This document shows positions 60,661 through 64,000 of a stretch of 64,000 nt of DNA, piece after piece; positions within the stretch are counted from its first letter, which is position 1, and each line of letters begins with the position of its first letter. The notes under the pieces were generated by a model, which did no database searches, was not told where the DNA came from, and saw nothing but the letters and a program-made list of their open reading frames with translations. Made by a program: the position numbers and the translations under genes. Origin of the DNA: the human T2T-CHM13v2.0 reference genome, Homo sapiens; assembly GCF_009914755.1 (NCBI RefSeq), contig NC_060936.1; one strand, given 5' to 3'.

Positions 60661-61029
60661 CACTCATGCTAATATTACCACTTATGCCAGATTCTGTGAT
60701 AGAGCTGGTTCTCACAACTGCATAGGGAGAGGGAGATAAACAGATAGTGTTCTTACTAGTCTAGTAGAGTGTCTGGCTGCTAGGCTATAAGTCCAAATCA
60801 GTGTTTAAAGCGCTATGGAATCAACTAGGGAAGGTAAAATCTATAGCAAAAATCTCTCACAACTGGTGCAATACCTAGATTATTTTGTAGATAGGATAGT
60901 GGTTCTGCCTGCAAGCACAGGACTTAAATTACTGCTTGGGAATTCCAGAAACAAAATCATCCAGACATTGGTAGAGGGAAAGGCAAGGACTGGAAATGTT
61001 GTCAGGGCTCCAGCCAAGAATATAACTTT

Positions 61030-62030
61030 CTTTTAATTAGTGTTAGCATAGTATATCTTTATCTATCCATTTACTTTTAATCTATATGTCTTTATATTTA
61101 AAGTGGGTTTCTTGTAGACAACATATATTTGAGTCCTGGTTTTGGATACACCCTGATAATCTTTCTTTTAATTGGTGTTTCTAGACCATTGATATTAAAG
61201 TGACTACTGTTATAGTTAGGTTAATGTCTACCATATTTGTTACTGTTTTCTATTTATTCATTTTGGACATATCACATTTTATTTAAGAAATCAATTCCAG
61301 ATGAAGTGTAAGTCTAAACTTGTAAAATAATACAACTGGAAAATTAAAACATAGGAAATTATTTTCATGATTTTGAGTAGACAGTTATTTCTTCACCAGA
61401 ACTCCAACAGCACTAATAATGAAAGAAAATATTTGATAAATCGGACTACATTATGACTTGAAACTTCCCTTCATCAAGGGACATCATTAACTGAGTGAAA
61501 CAGCAAGCCAGGAAGTAAGAGAAGATATTTGCAGTATATGTATCTAACAACTCAAATTTAGAATCAAACAAATCAGTAAGAAAAAAGATAGACATAGAAA
61601 TATGGTCAAGAGACTTAGCAGGCACTTCACAAGAGAATATTCAAATACCCAAACACATGAAAACACATCTTAATTGATCATCAAGGAAATACAGATTATA
61701 ACCACAATACAGTACTACAATTCACTCACTAGGAAGGCTAAAATGAAAAAGACAATCTCAAATGTTGACAAGGATAAGGAAACCCTCATACACTGCTATT
61801 CGGAATGTAAATTGGTACATTTTGAAAAACACTTTGGCAGTTTATAAAGAAGGTGAACATATATCAATATTCCAGTCATTCCGCTCCTAGAATGCTAGAA
61901 TGCTGCTGTATGTTATTTTTCTTGATCTGGATGATAATTACAAGGATGTTCACTTAGTAAGAATTCACTGAGTTTTACACTAAATACTCCTGTTTGTGTG
62001 TCATGCTTCCAAAAAGGTTTCTTTTAAAAT
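61030..62030. mobile_element. Ancient L1M fragments (minus 61030-61260; plus 61280-62030)
   Basis: ttaaagtgggtttcttgtagacaacatat (minus); aggcacttcacaagag...tcatcaaggaaatacagatta...aatgtaaattggtaca (plus). Confidence 0.75.
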
Positions 62031-62205
62031 GCATATAAATAGAAAAACTTTCTTGTGACCATGAGGCTAAGTGCTATGTTTCTTCTGACTGAGCTATTAC
62101 AGTTATTAAATGCTTTTGATCAAACCAGAAAAATGTTATACATTTAAATAATTATGAGGAAAAATTAAAATGTATTAAAAATCCCACTTCTAATGATGCA
62201 GATGG

Positions 62206-62512
62206 TTTTTGTTTGTTTGAGACAGAGTCTGGCTGTGTTGCCCGGGCTGGAGTGCAGTGTTACAGTCTTAGCTCACTCACTCTGCCTCCTGGGCGGAAGT
62301 GTTTCCTACCACCTCAGCCTCCCAAGTAGGTGGGACTACAGGCACACGCCACCACAGCCAGCTAGTATTTTTGTTATTTGTTTTTCTTTTTTTGTAGAGA
62401 CGGGGTTTCACCATGTTGCCCAACCTTGTGTCAAACTCCTGAGCTCAAGCAGTCCACTCGCCTCAGCCTCCCAAAGTGCTGGGATTACAGATGTGAGCCA
62501 CCGTGCCCGGCT
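62206..62512 (-). mobile_element. AluJ
   Basis: Diverged dimer; agatgg(t/a)tttt in both flanks. Confidence 0.92.
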
Positions 62513-64000
62513 GGATATAGATGGATTTTTGAAATTAGTTCATACCATGAATTAATATTAGTTATTTCCAGAATAAAGCTTGGCTCACCACCAATTAAAT
62601 CTCTATTTCTTATTTTCAGAGATGGTATGTTAATGGGAATGAAAGGAATTTTCTTATAATAAGGTCATTCAAAATTTTAAATTTCCTTTAGAGTTATATG
62701 GCACAAATTAAATCCTGAACTATCATCAATTTTGCCCAATGATCAGCTGACTAATTGATGAAGTCCTTCTTCAGTTCTGTTGAAAGGAAAACACAGGAAA
62801 TCATTTGCTATGCAGGATTTCCTTCCCAGCCTTTCCTCCTTTCCTGGGCTAGGATATTTTGAAAGCCCCTTTGGCTCCTGGGAGGTGGTAAACTCTGGGG
62901 CAATGTACCCGGGTAAGTTCAGGGAAGGAGAAAGTGGTGGAAGAGGTTAGTGAAAGGAAGGCAGGAGAGAACCTCCCTCGAGGTTTCTCTTGGATAGGTC
63001 TGGGGAAGAAGTATGTATGGAACTGAGGATTTGAAAATAGATTCCTTTAGAATTCTTCATGCCCACTATTCCCGGGGCAGTCTTTGTGTACTCCCAGAGG
63101 CAAGTGACCCTTGTTTGAATACAGCTGACTAAGGACTTCTCAGGACTTGCTCCTCAGACTGCATCTCCAGAGGCCTCTCTGGGTCTTAAACACCTGTGCA
63201 GCTGCTGACTTGTAGGGGCTGAGGAGCTGCAGGCCCCAGAGGTGAGGACTCTCTGAAACCACTAGAGGGAGCCCCAACTTTCTCAGAGGACTTTGGACAG
63301 GCCTGGGCAACTGGGCTGAGTCTTACTCAGCACACTGTCAACTGTACCTCCGGGACACTGGATGGATCTAGCCCTTGCCCACCTCCAGAATGAAGCAAGG
63401 GCTAAGAGTGTTCAGAGAAAATTGAATCTCCCTGGAGAGAAGTAGGTCCCTGCACTTCCCTGCTACATCATTTCAGGCTTCTCTGTGACCTCTTCCCGGG
63501 TCGGTTTTCAGTGGGGACAGCGTGCAAGGTGGGCTGAGTTGCAGAGGGCCAACAGGTAGCAAAGTGGAGGAGACACAGCACTAGAAAAGAGAAAAACCAG
63601 TTTGCAGAGATGATTCCTGGGTGTTGAGGTCAGTTCCACCCTTAGAGGTCACCAGATCCCAGAGGTCCTCACTATGTATCCAGCTTTGAAGTTGTGGTGA
63701 CTGATGTGCAAGGGCCCAGAAAAGCAGATGGAAGAAGTGCTAGTTCATGAGTTCCTGCTCATGGAGACCCAGAGGTCTTCGACTCCTCGAAGGCTTCTGG
63801 CAGTCCCGGAGACATCAGGAAAATTAGGAAGACAGGCATTGGAAGCTTCTACATTGAGGGAACATATGGAGATTTTGTACCACTCTTAATTATTGGTGCA
63901 GATTTGCCAATTGGATGAAAATAAGGTACATATTAAGTTCACATTTAACCCTAAAATGGTCAGGCCCATCTATTCAGAGAGTGTATATAGATACCTAGCT

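Overview
This is primate (human-like) genomic DNA from inside a long-intron gene, with no prokaryotic content. The only host coding sequence I can support is a 133-bp + strand exon (6906-7038). Its translation (GQLLRLKMFREDHGSWMTMFFSTILFLFIFSHIYNTILLMDGNMG) matches TMEM117 as I recall that protein. The rest is intron filled with repeats: about 19 Alus, a full-length decayed L1PA (13555-20030, sense), several solo LTRs, MaLR/MIR/L2/CR1/L1M relics, a MADE1 MITE, and a two-LTR HERV-K(HML-5)/HERVK22 provirus on the minus strand (39006-43893; 6-bp TSD, tRNA-Met PBS, large gag-pro and env deletions). The most notable observations are: (1) six conserved Trp codons in the provirus have become TAG/TGA, suggesting fossil APOBEC3 hypermutation; (2) the gag-pro deletion is in frame; (3) a 154-bp piece of a MER50 LTR is copied in inverted orientation about 0.9 kb away; (4) the exon has unusual splice signals (AG|GTCAGT start, a stronger decoy donor 28 nt downstream); (5) a fully paired miR-548-like MADE1 hairpin. 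I do not see a convincing new gene system. Repeat subfamily names come from recalled consensus sequences, not from a database search.
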